This document shows, one piece after another, positions 30,243 through 39,469 of a stretch of 64,000 nt of DNA; the stretch's first letter is position 1; the number at the start of each line of letters is the position of its first letter. Where the stretch lies: positions 4,956 to 68,955 of the IMG/VR virus record IMGVR_UViG_3300002503_000002; one strand, given 5' to 3'. The notes beneath the pieces are model-generated. The model searched no databases and was not told the DNA's origin. It worked only from the letters and a program-made list of their open reading frames with translations. This DNA is from a virus. Made by a program: the position numbers and the translations under genes.

Positions 30243-31526
30243 TCATGTCTTACTCATATTGTTGTTATCCTTCTTATCCTCTAATTTGTTATCACTATCC
30301 TCTTTCATATATTTCCATATATCAAACCATTCACTGCCCTTGGTAATCCATGTGACAGGTCTGCCCGGATTTGTTTGTTCTTTATGATGTTTTCTAAGCA
30401 CTTGTCGAGCGATAAGACTATTTATCCTTTCCGAAGATTGTGCAAATGTTATACCTAATGACTGTAATCGACGTTTTAATTCTGATAATGGCCAATCCCT
30501 CTCTCGTATCAATTTTAATATCTGGACATTCATTGATTCGCCCATCATGATATTACGCCATGTCCATCCATATTCAAACATTTCCTTAAGTTGTTTATCT
30601 GCCTTTATAATCAAATCTGTATCGTCATACTTGTAATTGGTCATCACATTATATCCGATTGCAAGTTTCTCGAATAATATAATTTCCGTATGTGTCATTC
30701 TGAGACTATATGCAAGATTGTCATAAGAGGAATCAAATATCAACTGACCCGGTACGTTGAAATTATCGTATAAATATCCAAATTGGTCCCTTAAGGAACT
30801 GATTTTATTGAAATCTGGAAATACTCCTCTGCTCTTTCTATAGGCTTCAACATATGCTTGTACATCTCTTTCATCAGGCGTAGCATCTATAACGAATAAA
30901 CGACGAGCCATACCTGATGCTAAGTCCAATCGTTCATTTTGCGTACCTGCGTGCATCGTCATATAAGATTGGAATTCTATCTTCCCATTCTTCAGGCGTT
31001 TCTCTACTTTACCATCATCCAGCAGTTTAAGGAAAGCGACATCCAGATTGGCAGAATGCTCTTGTTTCATCGTCTGTGTCTGCGCTGCAAATTCTTCCGA
31101 CCAGATGATAGCATTGTCATATTCTTCTGCCAAACCTAATATCTTTTTACCTTCCCCATCGAAAGAACCAACCAATCCTGCCTCTGTAATCATACCTACT
31201 TCTGTATTTGGATATGTTGTAGCCACGCCATTATAAGTATTGAACAATAGATTCTGATTAAAACTTTTACTGAAGCCAGGGGGGGCTATTGTGATTAAAT
31301 GCAATCGAAGGTCAGGAGTTCCACCAGCGACACCATAGAACAAATTACCCTTGCCCTTGTATTTCTTGTTCCGCAGATTGGCAATATGTGACCCAATAGA
31401 GGACAAAATGAATGGGAAGTATCTTTCCACATAGAGCACGCCAACCTGTTTGAGATAGGATTGTGTCTCATCCCATAGTTGTTTAGGACTGGAATATGTT
31501 GGATTCTGTGTTATATCAATCTTCAT
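30243..31526 (-). CDS. MCM-like AAA+ ATPase (putative replicative helicase) with C-terminal winged helix
   Basis: LHL...APPGFSKS Walker A, TEAGLVG, IIWSEEF Walker B, LLDDGKV and ARR arginine finger. Confidence 0.7.
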   Translation of the reverse strand: MKIDITQNPTYSSPKQLWDETQSYLKQVGVLYVERYFPFILSSIGSHIANLRNKKYKGKGNLFYGVAGGTPDLRLHLITIAPPGFSKSFNQNLLFNTYNGVATTYPNTEVGMITEAGLVGSFDGEGKKILGLAEEYDNAIIWSEEFAAQTQTMKQEHSANLDVAFLKLLDDGKVEKRLKNGKIEFQSYMTMHAGTQNERLDLASGMARRLFVIDATPDERDVQAYVEAYRKSRGVFPDFNKISSLRDQFGYLYDNFNVPGQLIFDSSYDNLAYSLRMTHTEIILFEKLAIGYNVMTNYKYDDTDLIIKADKQLKEMFEYGWTWRNIMMGESMNVQILKLIRERDWPLSELKRRLQSLGITFAQSSERINSLIARQVLRKHHKEQTNPGRPVTWITKGSEWFDIWKYMKEDSDNKLEDKKDNNNMSKT

Positions 31527-31647
31527 TCCTTATCGACCGCCATACCATCATCTGTCATCAGATATAAGTTTGGTGGTATCGGCGTGTTATCAGCGTGTTA
31601 TCAGGAGGAAATAATATGTTAATATCATTATACCATACCCATTTCAT
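31523..31647 (-). pseudogene. Small ORF frameshifted by an 11-bp tandem duplication
   Basis: GCGTGTTATCA x2 at 31582-31603; removing one copy restores a 37-aa ORF overlapping the next ATG. Confidence 0.5.
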
Positions 31648-31761
31648 CCTTTCCATTCTTTCTTCTTACAATGGGTCAGGCCCATCGCCCCATGCTAATA
31701 AACCAAATATAATAATACCTATGAATAATAAGAATAATATAATAAATTCTATCTCAGACAT

Positions 31762-32010
31762 CTATCTCACCATTATCTCATATGCGAAGTGTTCCAATGC
31801 TGATGGTTTGATACTGTTCAATTCGTATGCAATGATAGCAAATATGGGCCATTCATGGTCTGTCTGCATTAAATGGATAGGTTTGCCCAACATCAAATCG
31901 TAGACATCATATATGGCATCCTTCGGAAAATCCAAATTGTTTGTCAGAGAGTCCCACAAATCTTCCAAGAATGTGTCTTTCTTTATGTGTGCGTTCATAT
32001 CATACACCAT
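31762..32010 (-). CDS. Hypothetical protein
   Basis: Co-oriented ORF with tight packing. Confidence 0.5.
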   Translation of the reverse strand: MVYDMNAHIKKDTFLEDLWDSLTNNLDFPKDAIYDVYDLMLGKPIHLMQTDHEWPIFAIIAYELNSIKPSALEHFAYEIMVR

Positions 32011-32122
32011 ATTATTATTTAATTCGCAATATAAATCTCTTAGCGAACCAACGACCTAGGAAAACACCAGCAACAAATCCAATCATTACTTGTATTAAGA
32101 AGATATAATCAGGTGTCATCTA

Positions 32123-32521
32123 TCATCTTATCTCCGGCCCTATGATATTATTCTCTGATTCTTCCATCGCCCGTCTGAAATCTTCCAATTGTTCTTTCCC
32201 ACTCTCTGCCGTCACGATGATTATCACTAGTTCTCCATAAAACGCTTCAAACTTATTTAACATTGCTATTACATCAGGGAAATTATCAGGATGTTGTATG
32301 GCCCAGTTGATTATATTATCCATCCTCTCCATCCAATTTTTACGCCATTGCTCCAGATATTCGGACTTCTTCTCTTGCTTGACACCCTTCAAAAACGAGT
32401 CTAATTTCGCATATACATTTCCATTGATAGTATGACCATGTTCCTCGTCTTGTTCATGCTCATGAGGGAAAATACTTCCCTTCAATGCCTTGCCTCCGAA
32501 TATCATAGACAATTTACTCAT
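32123..32521 (-). CDS. Hypothetical helical protein
   Basis: ATGA overlap with the upstream gene. Confidence 0.6.
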   Translation of the reverse strand: MSKLSMIFGGKALKGSIFPHEHEQDEEHGHTINGNVYAKLDSFLKGVKQEKKSEYLEQWRKNWMERMDNIINWAIQHPDNFPDVIAMLNKFEAFYGELVIIIVTAESGKEQLEDFRRAMEESENNIIGPEIR

Positions 32522-32757
32522 TTTGTATTCTTAATCTCCTGTAGTTCTTGTAGTTCTTTCTTCGGAGCGAAGAATAACTGTGCTTGACGCAACATCAATA
32601 AACATCCACATTGTTTACATTCATATCCGTTATCGGCATTCAATAATAATAAGCGATGTGGCGGACATAGTTGCACTGGTTCTAGCGTAGGTGCTGGCTT
32701 TAAATTCACTAGTTCGGGAGGCGCTTGTCTGGATTTTACTGACTTTTTCTTTGACAT
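32518..32757 (-). CDS. Small Zn-ribbon protein
   Basis: CPPH...CKQCG; AGGAG SD. Confidence 0.55.
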   Translation of the reverse strand: MSKKKSVKSRQAPPELVNLKPAPTLEPVQLCPPHRLLLLNADNGYECKQCGCLLMLRQAQLFFAPKKELQELQEIKNTK

Positions 32758-32898
32758 AATTAATTTCTCCTTTTCTTCTCTCCTTTACATATTTTTGAAT
32801 GTTCTGTTATCAATATAGATAAGAGTCTTATCTTTTTATGTAATTGTTCATGTGGCCCAGTATAATATTCATTACAATCGTTACAGTATTCGCTCATA

Positions 32899-33162
32899 TC
32901 AAAACCAAATTCCTATTACAACTAACAACGTGCCAAATAATACCCCGCCAAAGAAATTAATATTCCACCAGAATGCCGCATCTACATAAATCATCTTATG
33001 GAAAGGCAATCCTACACCCGGTCTTGGTGGTACTGGACCATTAACACGCCCTGCCTCATAAACCTGTGGTATCCAATCCTCCCAAGCCCTGTGTGCAAAA
33101 TCTATACCCCAACCTCCGAAGGCAATGAGAAAACCTCCTATAACTAATAACAACGGTATCAT
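32899..33162 (-). CDS. Two-helix membrane protein
   Basis: Two hydrophobic segments. Confidence 0.55.
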   Translation of the reverse strand: MIPLLLVIGGFLIAFGGWGIDFAHRAWEDWIPQVYEAGRVNGPVPPRPGVGLPFHKMIYVDAAFWWNINFFGGVLFGTLLVVIGIWF

Positions 33163-33171
33163 ATTTTAATC

Positions 33172-33555
33172 TTAATCTCCTTCTTCTATAATTTTATTCA
33201 GATGTTTACGCATTCTCCGATATGCTTTCAAATGCCATAGTTTGTTTTCGTCTGTATCCCATATTGACCCTTGAGCATCTTCTATCTCCTTATCCAATTG
33301 AGTTATGGTATCCAAAACTAAATCATCTAATTCAGAATGTACTATCTCGGATTCAATAGGTAGGATATATTGCTCTAGAAACAATGCTACATTGATAGGA
33401 CCAGATGTATTAAAGTCATTGGCCTTGGTTTTTAAGTTCTTTCTTAAAATTTTTACCATTGCCTGAAAGGCATCATATGTCATATCTGAAGCATTGTCAC
33501 TATCGCCTGTTTTCGACAAACCCAAGTAGCCCATCGTATCACTTCCTGTCACCAA
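33172..33555 (-). CDS. Hypothetical protein
   Basis: Co-oriented ORF; acidic. Confidence 0.55.
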   Translation of the reverse strand: MVTGSDTMGYLGLSKTGDSDNASDMTYDAFQAMVKILRKNLKTKANDFNTSGPINVALFLEQYILPIESEIVHSELDDLVLDTITQLDKEIEDAQGSIWDTDENKLWHLKAYRRMRKHLNKIIEEGD

Positions 33556-34007
33556 GACCTATGTTTTTCCACTATTCTTTCGTTGCCATCATATTCATCT
33601 ATTTCCCATATTATCTCATCAGGAATTTCCACTACTTCCAATCGAGCATGAGAACCCCATGATTTTTCTTTAAGAGTCTCAACGGCCTCTACAAGCAGAG
33701 GGTCGTCTCTTTGATAACCATAATATCCTTCTTCATGACCATAACCATAGAATTTTGGAAATTCATCTTTTTCTTCTGGATATTCTAATTTTAATTCTAC
33801 ATCTATTTCAAGCCATTTTGTTCTTTCTGGGTCACTATTGTCTGGCCATTTACTATTTTTTATTTTAAAGTCCACCAATCGTTTTCTTTCCATGTAGTCT
33901 GCTATCTCTCTTTTCGCTAATTCATGCCCACGTTCTGCCATGTATTTCGCGGCTTTTAGACTAATGGCGAAACCGCCGAAACATCTATTTACTACAATCT
34001 TGGTCAT
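33549..34007 (-). CDS. Conserved viral hypothetical protein
   Basis: KIVVNRCFGGF...RDDPLLVEAVE...EIPD..W.IDEYDG pattern common in phages. Confidence 0.7.
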   Translation of the reverse strand: MTKIVVNRCFGGFAISLKAAKYMAERGHELAKREIADYMERKRLVDFKIKNSKWPDNSDPERTKWLEIDVELKLEYPEEKDEFPKFYGYGHEEGYYGYQRDDPLLVEAVETLKEKSWGSHARLEVVEIPDEIIWEIDEYDGNERIVEKHRSW

Positions 34008-34366
34008 TTCTTTACCACCTGATAATGTTGTTCAGACCCATCCTCATAACATATCCAGCATTTATCGAAACCAAGTTCCCAGAATTGAGTTAACATATCC
34101 TCGGTAGGTTTCCAATCTAATTTAGTTTTTTTGAATTCAAAACTACAATCATAGTAATCAAAAGTTATATTCTCGCATGGTATGGATTCTAACATGATAC
34201 CATTTTCATCAAAATCCTTAACACCTGCTATATGTAATAAAGCATCTTCCAACTCTCCTTGGAGAGCCAGTGCTGTTGCTTCTGCATCAAAAAACTTTTC
34301 GGCCATTGATTTGCCAAGGATGAAAGGTGTATCAAGCCGTTCCATTGTTTTCCTAGTAACTCTCAT
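34004..34366 (-). CDS. Hypothetical protein
   Basis: ATGA overlap; LGFDKCWI motif. Confidence 0.55.
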   Translation of the reverse strand: MRVTRKTMERLDTPFILGKSMAEKFFDAEATALALQGELEDALLHIAGVKDFDENGIMLESIPCENITFDYYDCSFEFKKTKLDWKPTEDMLTQFWELGFDKCWICYEDGSEQHYQVVKK

Positions 34367-34574
34367 CTATCCGACACTCCCAACATTGACCGTTTTCAAA
34401 CACATCATCATATGGATTCACAAGACAGAATGGACATAATTTATTCTTTCTTTTTCTCTGCTCTAATTTATCTACAATATTATCCAAATCTACAATATGT
34501 TGATATAAGTGTAATACCAATGTTTCCTTCCTGTCATCATATCCAAGACAATTTTCAACAGGACAGATTTCCAT
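34353..34574 (-). CDS. Small double Zn-finger protein
   Basis: CP..NC...H...H and CPFC...CWEC. Confidence 0.55.
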   Translation of the reverse strand: MEICPVENCLGYDDRKETLVLHLYQHIVDLDNIVDKLEQRKRKNKLCPFCLVNPYDDVFENGQCWECRIDESY

Positions 34575-34583
34575 GTTATCACC

Positions 34584-34799
34584 CTATTCACATTTGTAGC
34601 ATTCATCCATTTTGGTCGGATGAATGTTAGAATGCCATACTTCCCATGATTCTATTGTCTTTTCTAAATCTTTTATCATATCTACTAAGTCATCATAATC
34701 TTTTGTGTTATTTGCATATTCTTCATATTCATTTATTTGCTCTTCTAATTCTTCTACATTCTTCAATATTTGTTTTATATTATAATCCATCTGGGGCAT
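34584..34799 (-). CDS. Coiled-coil protein with C-terminal H/H/C/C
   Basis: WHSNIH...CYKC. Confidence 0.5.
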   Translation of the reverse strand: MPQMDYNIKQILKNVEELEEQINEYEEYANNTKDYDDLVDMIKDLEKTIESWEVWHSNIHPTKMDECYKCE

Positions 34800-35114
34800 C
34801 TATATCACCTTATTTTTCTTCTGTAGATTTTCCAGTGCCTCATTCGGTGTATTTCCTACAGCAATCCAAGGTACGAATTTTATCATATATCCAAACTCTC
34901 CGGCGGTAATATCATCAGAATGAGTACCCTCAAAGGCAAGTTCATAATGAGTCTTATGATAATGTTCTGTCTCAACTATTGTATTATCATACATATCACT
35001 ATTGGCCACGGCTATCCATTTACCACCAGAGTATACACCAGTATATCTATCTTCGAATATAGATATGGGATACAATGTAGTATCTATATAATAATCATGT
35101 GGGACTGGTGGCAT
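34800..35114 (-). CDS. Conserved viral hypothetical protein
   Basis: YPISIFEDRYTGVYSGGKWIA...GNTPNEAL; GGAG SD. Confidence 0.6.
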   Translation of the reverse strand: MPPVPHDYYIDTTLYPISIFEDRYTGVYSGGKWIAVANSDMYDNTIVETEHYHKTHYELAFEGTHSDDITAGEFGYMIKFVPWIAVGNTPNEALENLQKKNKVI

Positions 35115-35125
35115 TAGAAATCTCC

Positions 35126-35494
35126 TTACTTCAATTTCCCATGTTTATATGGACGAGTCTCATTATAACGATGTTTCACTTCTAACACTTCTTCCAAATC
35201 CCATTCCATCTGCCCAAAATAATCAAATATTCTGATTAATGTATCCACCAATTCAACAGACGGGCCTTCTGGTTTGTCTTCCTTTAAATATAGATTACCA
35301 CTATATATTCCATTCTCATTTAAATTAGACATCATATCGGCGTCTCTGAAACATTCAACTGCTTCGCTCACTTCAGAATGTAACAAAGCCATAATATGCA
35401 AGTCATCCCTCGGGTCATCCCACCATCCCTTAGATTTGGCCAAATTGTGAATATTCTCAACCCATTCATTCAGGGTCTTTCTCTTCTTACCCAT
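35126..35494 (-). CDS. MazG-like NTP pyrophosphohydrolase
   Basis: KGWW, LLHSEVSEAVE, ELVD..IR.FD and K..YN..RPYKHG motifs. Confidence 0.88.
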   Translation of the reverse strand: MGKKRKTLNEWVENIHNLAKSKGWWDDPRDDLHIMALLHSEVSEAVECFRDADMMSNLNENGIYSGNLYLKEDKPEGPSVELVDTLIRIFDYFGQMEWDLEEVLEVKHRYNETRPYKHGKLK

Positions 35495-35547
35495 TCTATA
35501 CTACACCACCAATAAGACTAGGAATATTAGTATTATAATTATAATTT

Positions 35548-35853
35548 TCAACGACCAGAAATCTTCTTCTGTTCGATTATCCATTGTTCATACTCCCTTT
35601 CTGCTTGTTCATGTGCCATATCCCATTTTTTCTGAGCCCAATGCCCTTGTTTGTATCTACGACTTCCACTGCCACGACCGCGCACAGATTGACCACATCC
35701 ACACAAACATATATTCGGGGTGTCTAGTTTCTTGAGAATCTGTAACTCTGGTTTAGGGGGATATAACGCAGTGCCCTTTAAAGACCCAAAGGACATGAAT
35801 ATTTCATTGGCTCTAGAACGAACCCAAGAAGGATATTTAGATTTACTACTCAT
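35548..35853 (-). CDS. Hypothetical protein with CxCGCG Zn motif
   Basis: CLCGCGQ...YKQGH. Confidence 0.55.
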   Translation of the reverse strand: MSSKSKYPSWVRSRANEIFMSFGSLKGTALYPPKPELQILKKLDTPNICLCGCGQSVRGRGSGSRRYKQGHWAQKKWDMAHEQAEREYEQWIIEQKKISGR

Positions 35854-36141
35854 AATATCATCACCAAATTATCTTCTACTATTTACAAATCCTTGACCCA
35901 TTGGCCATCGAATGTATCTAAAAACATATGACAATCATCGCATTGTGCCATAAATGCCACATCATTCAACCATGTTATATTCTTATGGACGCATCGGGAA
36001 GAATATAATAGACCATTTGACTTCCTTATATCTGTTGTTGGTATTGCCATCATATCGTACTCCAATCATAGGGGACATCACCATATCCTGTAGCGTATTA
36101 AGTCTTTGTGCCATTGTTATTATTCGTACATTGTTATAATA

Positions 36142-36543
36142 TTATGACCAGTACCCATTGGTATTCAAAAGCAACGAAGAACCCCAAAATGAATCCTTTA
36201 TCCACCATTTTCCATCCTCTGCGAAACATGACAACCTGAAAATATTCTTATGTAGGGTGTCTATATTCACATTTCCCTGTCTAAGCAAGCAATGGTCATG
36301 CCATCCCATATCATATATTATTTTTTGATTATCATCCACGCCCAAGGCACAAATAAAAGGATATCCAGAATCATGTCTATATCTTGGATTATGGACAATC
36401 AATAGTACATAATCTATATGTATTATCATGGAAGTAAAATGCTTCTTAAATCCAGAAGGAATATGTTTTTTAGGATGGACAATATTATAAATGATATTCC
36501 ATTCTTTCTTTGTTATTCCGCGTGGTTTTTGAAGTCTGCTCAT
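36142..36543 (-). CDS. Conserved viral hypothetical protein
   Basis: HDSGY motif; GGGGGAAGTG upstream. Confidence 0.55.
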   Translation of the reverse strand: MSRLQKPRGITKKEWNIIYNIVHPKKHIPSGFKKHFTSMIIHIDYVLLIVHNPRYRHDSGYPFICALGVDDNQKIIYDMGWHDHCLLRQGNVNIDTLHKNIFRLSCFAEDGKWWIKDSFWGSSLLLNTNGYWS

Positions 36544-36686
36544 TCACTTCCCCCCTCAGTATGGTAATCTCATTCCTCAATTGTGCTATCTCATCACAAC
36601 GCCAATCGTGACTAATTGTAATTTTGGCGTGCTTACATATTGGACAAGTATCCCATACAGGGTCTTCAAATATATCATATATATCA

Positions 36687-36872
36687 TTACTCATCTTCAT
36701 CCTCCAACGTTTCTAAGAAAAGTTCATAATCGTTGGTATAGACAATAGGTTCTTTGTTAATGATGGCTATTGTCTGTCCCACCATGAATTTATTGAATTT
36801 CTTCTTGTTCGCTGGCGTCAACCCTTTCTCTATATCTGTCCACCGATATCCAATATCATTTACCTTTTCCAT
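36687..36872 (-). CDS. Hypothetical protein
   Basis: F.KFM.GQT......Y..DYE.F motif. Confidence 0.55.
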   Translation of the reverse strand: MEKVNDIGYRWTDIEKGLTPANKKKFNKFMVGQTIAIINKEPIVYTNDYELFLETLEDEDE

Positions 36873-37086
36873 CTTCTTTCAACCTCCTTGCTATTTCACT
36901 AATCTCTTCTAAAAGTTCCAATATCCTCTTATCCTTCTCATCGATAAGTTTGCGAAGATTTTCCAATTTCTGTTCTTGGTTTTGTTTTGATTTCATTGGA
37001 ATATATTGTAGTTCTGGTTCCTGTGAAACTAATGTCTTTGATGACTTTCCTGTTCTTCGATGTTTAAACCATTTCATATTAACCAT
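36856..37086 (-). CDS. Coiled-coil hypothetical protein
   Basis: Operon packing. Confidence 0.5.
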   Translation of the reverse strand: MVNMKWFKHRRTGKSSKTLVSQEPELQYIPMKSKQNQEQKLENLRKLIDEKDKRILELLEEISEIARRLKEDGKGK

Positions 37087-39073
37087 CCTTTATATTCATA
37101 TCCTTCGTTCTTTGCAATAACTCAGACAATGGTTCACCTATGACCAAATCCAATCTCTTCTTTTCTTCATCCCATTCTCTGATAAAGATATGCTCCCTAG
37201 TATCTGCATTAGCCAATCTGATATCTTCGACACGAAATACACGCATCTTAGAACCTAGTTCAAGTCCAAGATCGTTAGCGGCCCATTTATTAAGTGTCTC
37301 TGTGCGGATAACGAAAGAACCATCCATATCATGGACAATCCCAAGACCACCTAATACGGATTCATCGTCCCTTTTGTCATAAGTTGAGGCTTTCTGGTTG
37401 ACACACAAGACGACAGGATACTTCTCCGTATTGTAGAATATCTCCTTAATCCCGAACATCATACGTTGGGCAAACACGAATGCCTGTGCTGGATAGGCTC
37501 TGATGAATTTGGTCAAAGAATCAATGACAATCAATTTGGGTTTGTCATGTTTATCGAGCCATGCTTGTATCGGATTTAATATACTCCTATCTACAAAACT
37601 CTCAATGACATTATATCCTGCTGACCCCGGTTGCAATCTATGACGGTCTATGAATGTCAAATGTGGGGTGTGCAACATCTTCCTATCCACGTTTAAATCC
37701 TGTCTGTGTTTATCGACAATTCTCATGAATTCTTTCTGTATAGATTCGTTGTACATATAAAGTACGTCGTCTTCACGAAGGGCCATGTTAATTGCTTCAT
37801 AGATGGCCATTGTGGTATTATGCGTGGCAATCATATCATCAGTCAAATATAATCCATCAGGAGAATCGATAGCAATACATTGTGATTGTTCCCTTCCATC
37901 TTCAATTATAGATGAAATAAATCTCTTGGGTTGTTTTTTGAAACCATTTCCAAATATTTTACTTCTTTTTCCTCTAAAGATTTGAAGTCCTTTTGGCATT
38001 TTAATAGATAAAACATAACATGGTCTACCATATTTCATTTTTCCTTTATATATGAATTTAGGTATTTTTTTAATATTAACCCGGACTATTCCTCCAAAAG
38101 AATGAACTAAAAACATAACATCATCTTTCAATTTGGGTGATGTCGTATAAAATACTAATCCTTTTTTAGATACATAACCATCAGTATCCATTAAACCTTG
38201 GAATAACTGTAATCTCTCTTGTGGTGATGCAAGCAAATACTTATCTGGAATATATTTTTCATGTGACTTTAGACCAAATAATCTTAAATTAGATAATTGT
38301 TCTTTTAATTCATTTTTCAATCTACCGCCATTCATTGGTCCAGAAATTCGCCAATCATAACGACTAACTTGTTTAAGTTTCAAATTATCATAATCTTTAA
38401 TATAAGATGATATTTCTAACAATACTTTATTATCATTTGATGATATCATAATTTGGTTTGTTATTCCTCCATCTCCAATCAAAACACCTAATAAATAAGG
38501 AGAAACTTCCAGATTTTCTGATTTCCCAAAATTTATTGGAGATGTTAATGGAATGCTCCATCTTGATTTTAAATTATATTTCAATAATTCAGATAAGGAC
38601 ACAGTTCGTGGTTTCCCTCTCTTTGAAAGGATAGTCCATAAATGTTCTTCTGTACATCTTGTACTACTACCATCTGAAAATTTAATTTTAAAAATAATTT
38701 TTTCTCCTTGTGGAAATATTCCAATAATTTTATGGAGATTGCCATCTATTCCAATGACTAGAGTATCCATATTTATATCTTTCATTAATTTCCAACCATT
38801 AGAAGTCAAAATTTTGGCATTCATCGGTTGTGCTTTTCCAGCCTTGGGAACGGAAACAACACTAATAACCGACCCCGGTGGATATCCCTTATTTCCCAAT
38901 AATTCATTCATTCCCTTTATCGTAGATTTGATATATTTCTGTTCGAATAATGTGGCATCCTCTTTTGGCGGAATGAACGAATGGAATCCTTGGTCGTCAC
39001 GGGGGGTCTGATATTTCGTAAATGTTTGCTTCTTCACTAATGTCTGCTCTTCTTCTTCATTACCCAATTTCAT
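37079..39073 (-). CDS. KaiC-like / RecA-superfamily ATPase resembling the archaeal AF_0795-type family; contains an intein
   Basis: STIKGMNELLG..GYP.GS, Walker A PKAGK|TT, Walker B LIVIDS, NQK, GG.GI.H.MDG, RVFRVE...DT..H. Confidence 0.85.
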   Translation of the reverse strand: MKLGNEEEEQTLVKKQTFTKYQTPRDDQGFHSFIPPKEDATLFEQKYIKSTIKGMNELLGNKGYPPGSVISVVSVPKAGKAQPMNAKILTSNGWKLMKDINMDTLVIGIDGNLHKIIGIFPQGEKIIFKIKFSDGSSTRCTEEHLWTILSKRGKPRTVSLSELLKYNLKSRWSIPLTSPINFGKSENLEVSPYLLGVLIGDGGITNQIMISSNDNKVLLEISSYIKDYDNLKLKQVSRYDWRISGPMNGGRLKNELKEQLSNLRLFGLKSHEKYIPDKYLLASPQERLQLFQGLMDTDGYVSKKGLVFYTTSPKLKDDVMFLVHSFGGIVRVNIKKIPKFIYKGKMKYGRPCYVLSIKMPKGLQIFRGKRSKIFGNGFKKQPKRFISSIIEDGREQSQCIAIDSPDGLYLTDDMIATHNTTMAIYEAINMALREDDVLYMYNESIQKEFMRIVDKHRQDLNVDRKMLHTPHLTFIDRHRLQPGSAGYNVIESFVDRSILNPIQAWLDKHDKPKLIVIDSLTKFIRAYPAQAFVFAQRMMFGIKEIFYNTEKYPVVLCVNQKASTYDKRDDESVLGGLGIVHDMDGSFVIRTETLNKWAANDLGLELGSKMRVFRVEDIRLANADTREHIFIREWDEEKKRLDLVIGEPLSELLQRTKDMNIKDG
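37817..38833 (-). mobile_element. Class 3 intein (339 aa) with LAGLIDADG homing endonuclease
   Basis: Starts Ala (AQP), block B CTEEHLW, YLLGVLIGDG and LFQGLMDTDG, block F QCI, ends THN followed by T. Confidence 0.93.
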
Positions 39074-39286
39074 TTACAATCCTCCCCCTCTATAGTACCA
39101 TCTTTCATATGCTTCTACATATTCAGGAAATCCTTTTCTTATTTTCTCTTTATTATAATTATCAGCCTTGGCAATAAGCCTTAATAACATGGCTCCAAAC
39201 CAATCAGCCCGTGGGTTTCTAAGCACTTCCTCAACATTCTCTAAATCATATTCACTCATGTTTATCCACCATCCCATATATTTCAT
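39074..39286 (-). CDS. Conserved small viral protein
   Basis: F...L....KAD..N..KI...FPE motif. Confidence 0.6.
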   Translation of the reverse strand: MKYMGWWINMSEYDLENVEEVLRNPRADWFGAMLLRLIAKADNYNKEKIRKGFPEYVEAYERWYYRGGGL

Positions 39287-39295
39287 TGATTGATT

Positions 39296-39469
39296 TTATT
39301 TTCCTATGACTGCACGTTCAATAAATAAAATACGTCGTTCTAATTCTTCTAAAGCCTCGTATAATTTAGTTTCTGCTCCAACTATCCCTAATTCTACATC
39401 ACCAGATAATTTTTTTACTTTTTCCATTAAATCTGATAATATTAAATCTGATAATAATACTCTTGTCAT
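39296..39469 (-). CDS. Small hypothetical protein with an in-frame 15-bp tandem duplication (39426-39455)
   Basis: ATGA overlap with the NADAR stop; LSDLI-LSDLM repeat. Confidence 0.5.
   Translation of the reverse strand: MTRVLLSDLILSDLMEKVKKLSGDVELGIVGAETKLYEALEELERRILFIERAVIGK

Noticed and set aside
17572-35494. Z-genome (2-aminoadenine) or 7-deazaguanine pathway
   Set aside because: No PurZ, DatZ, DpdA or Que/FolE genes are present in this window; MazG and IMPDH alone are insufficient.
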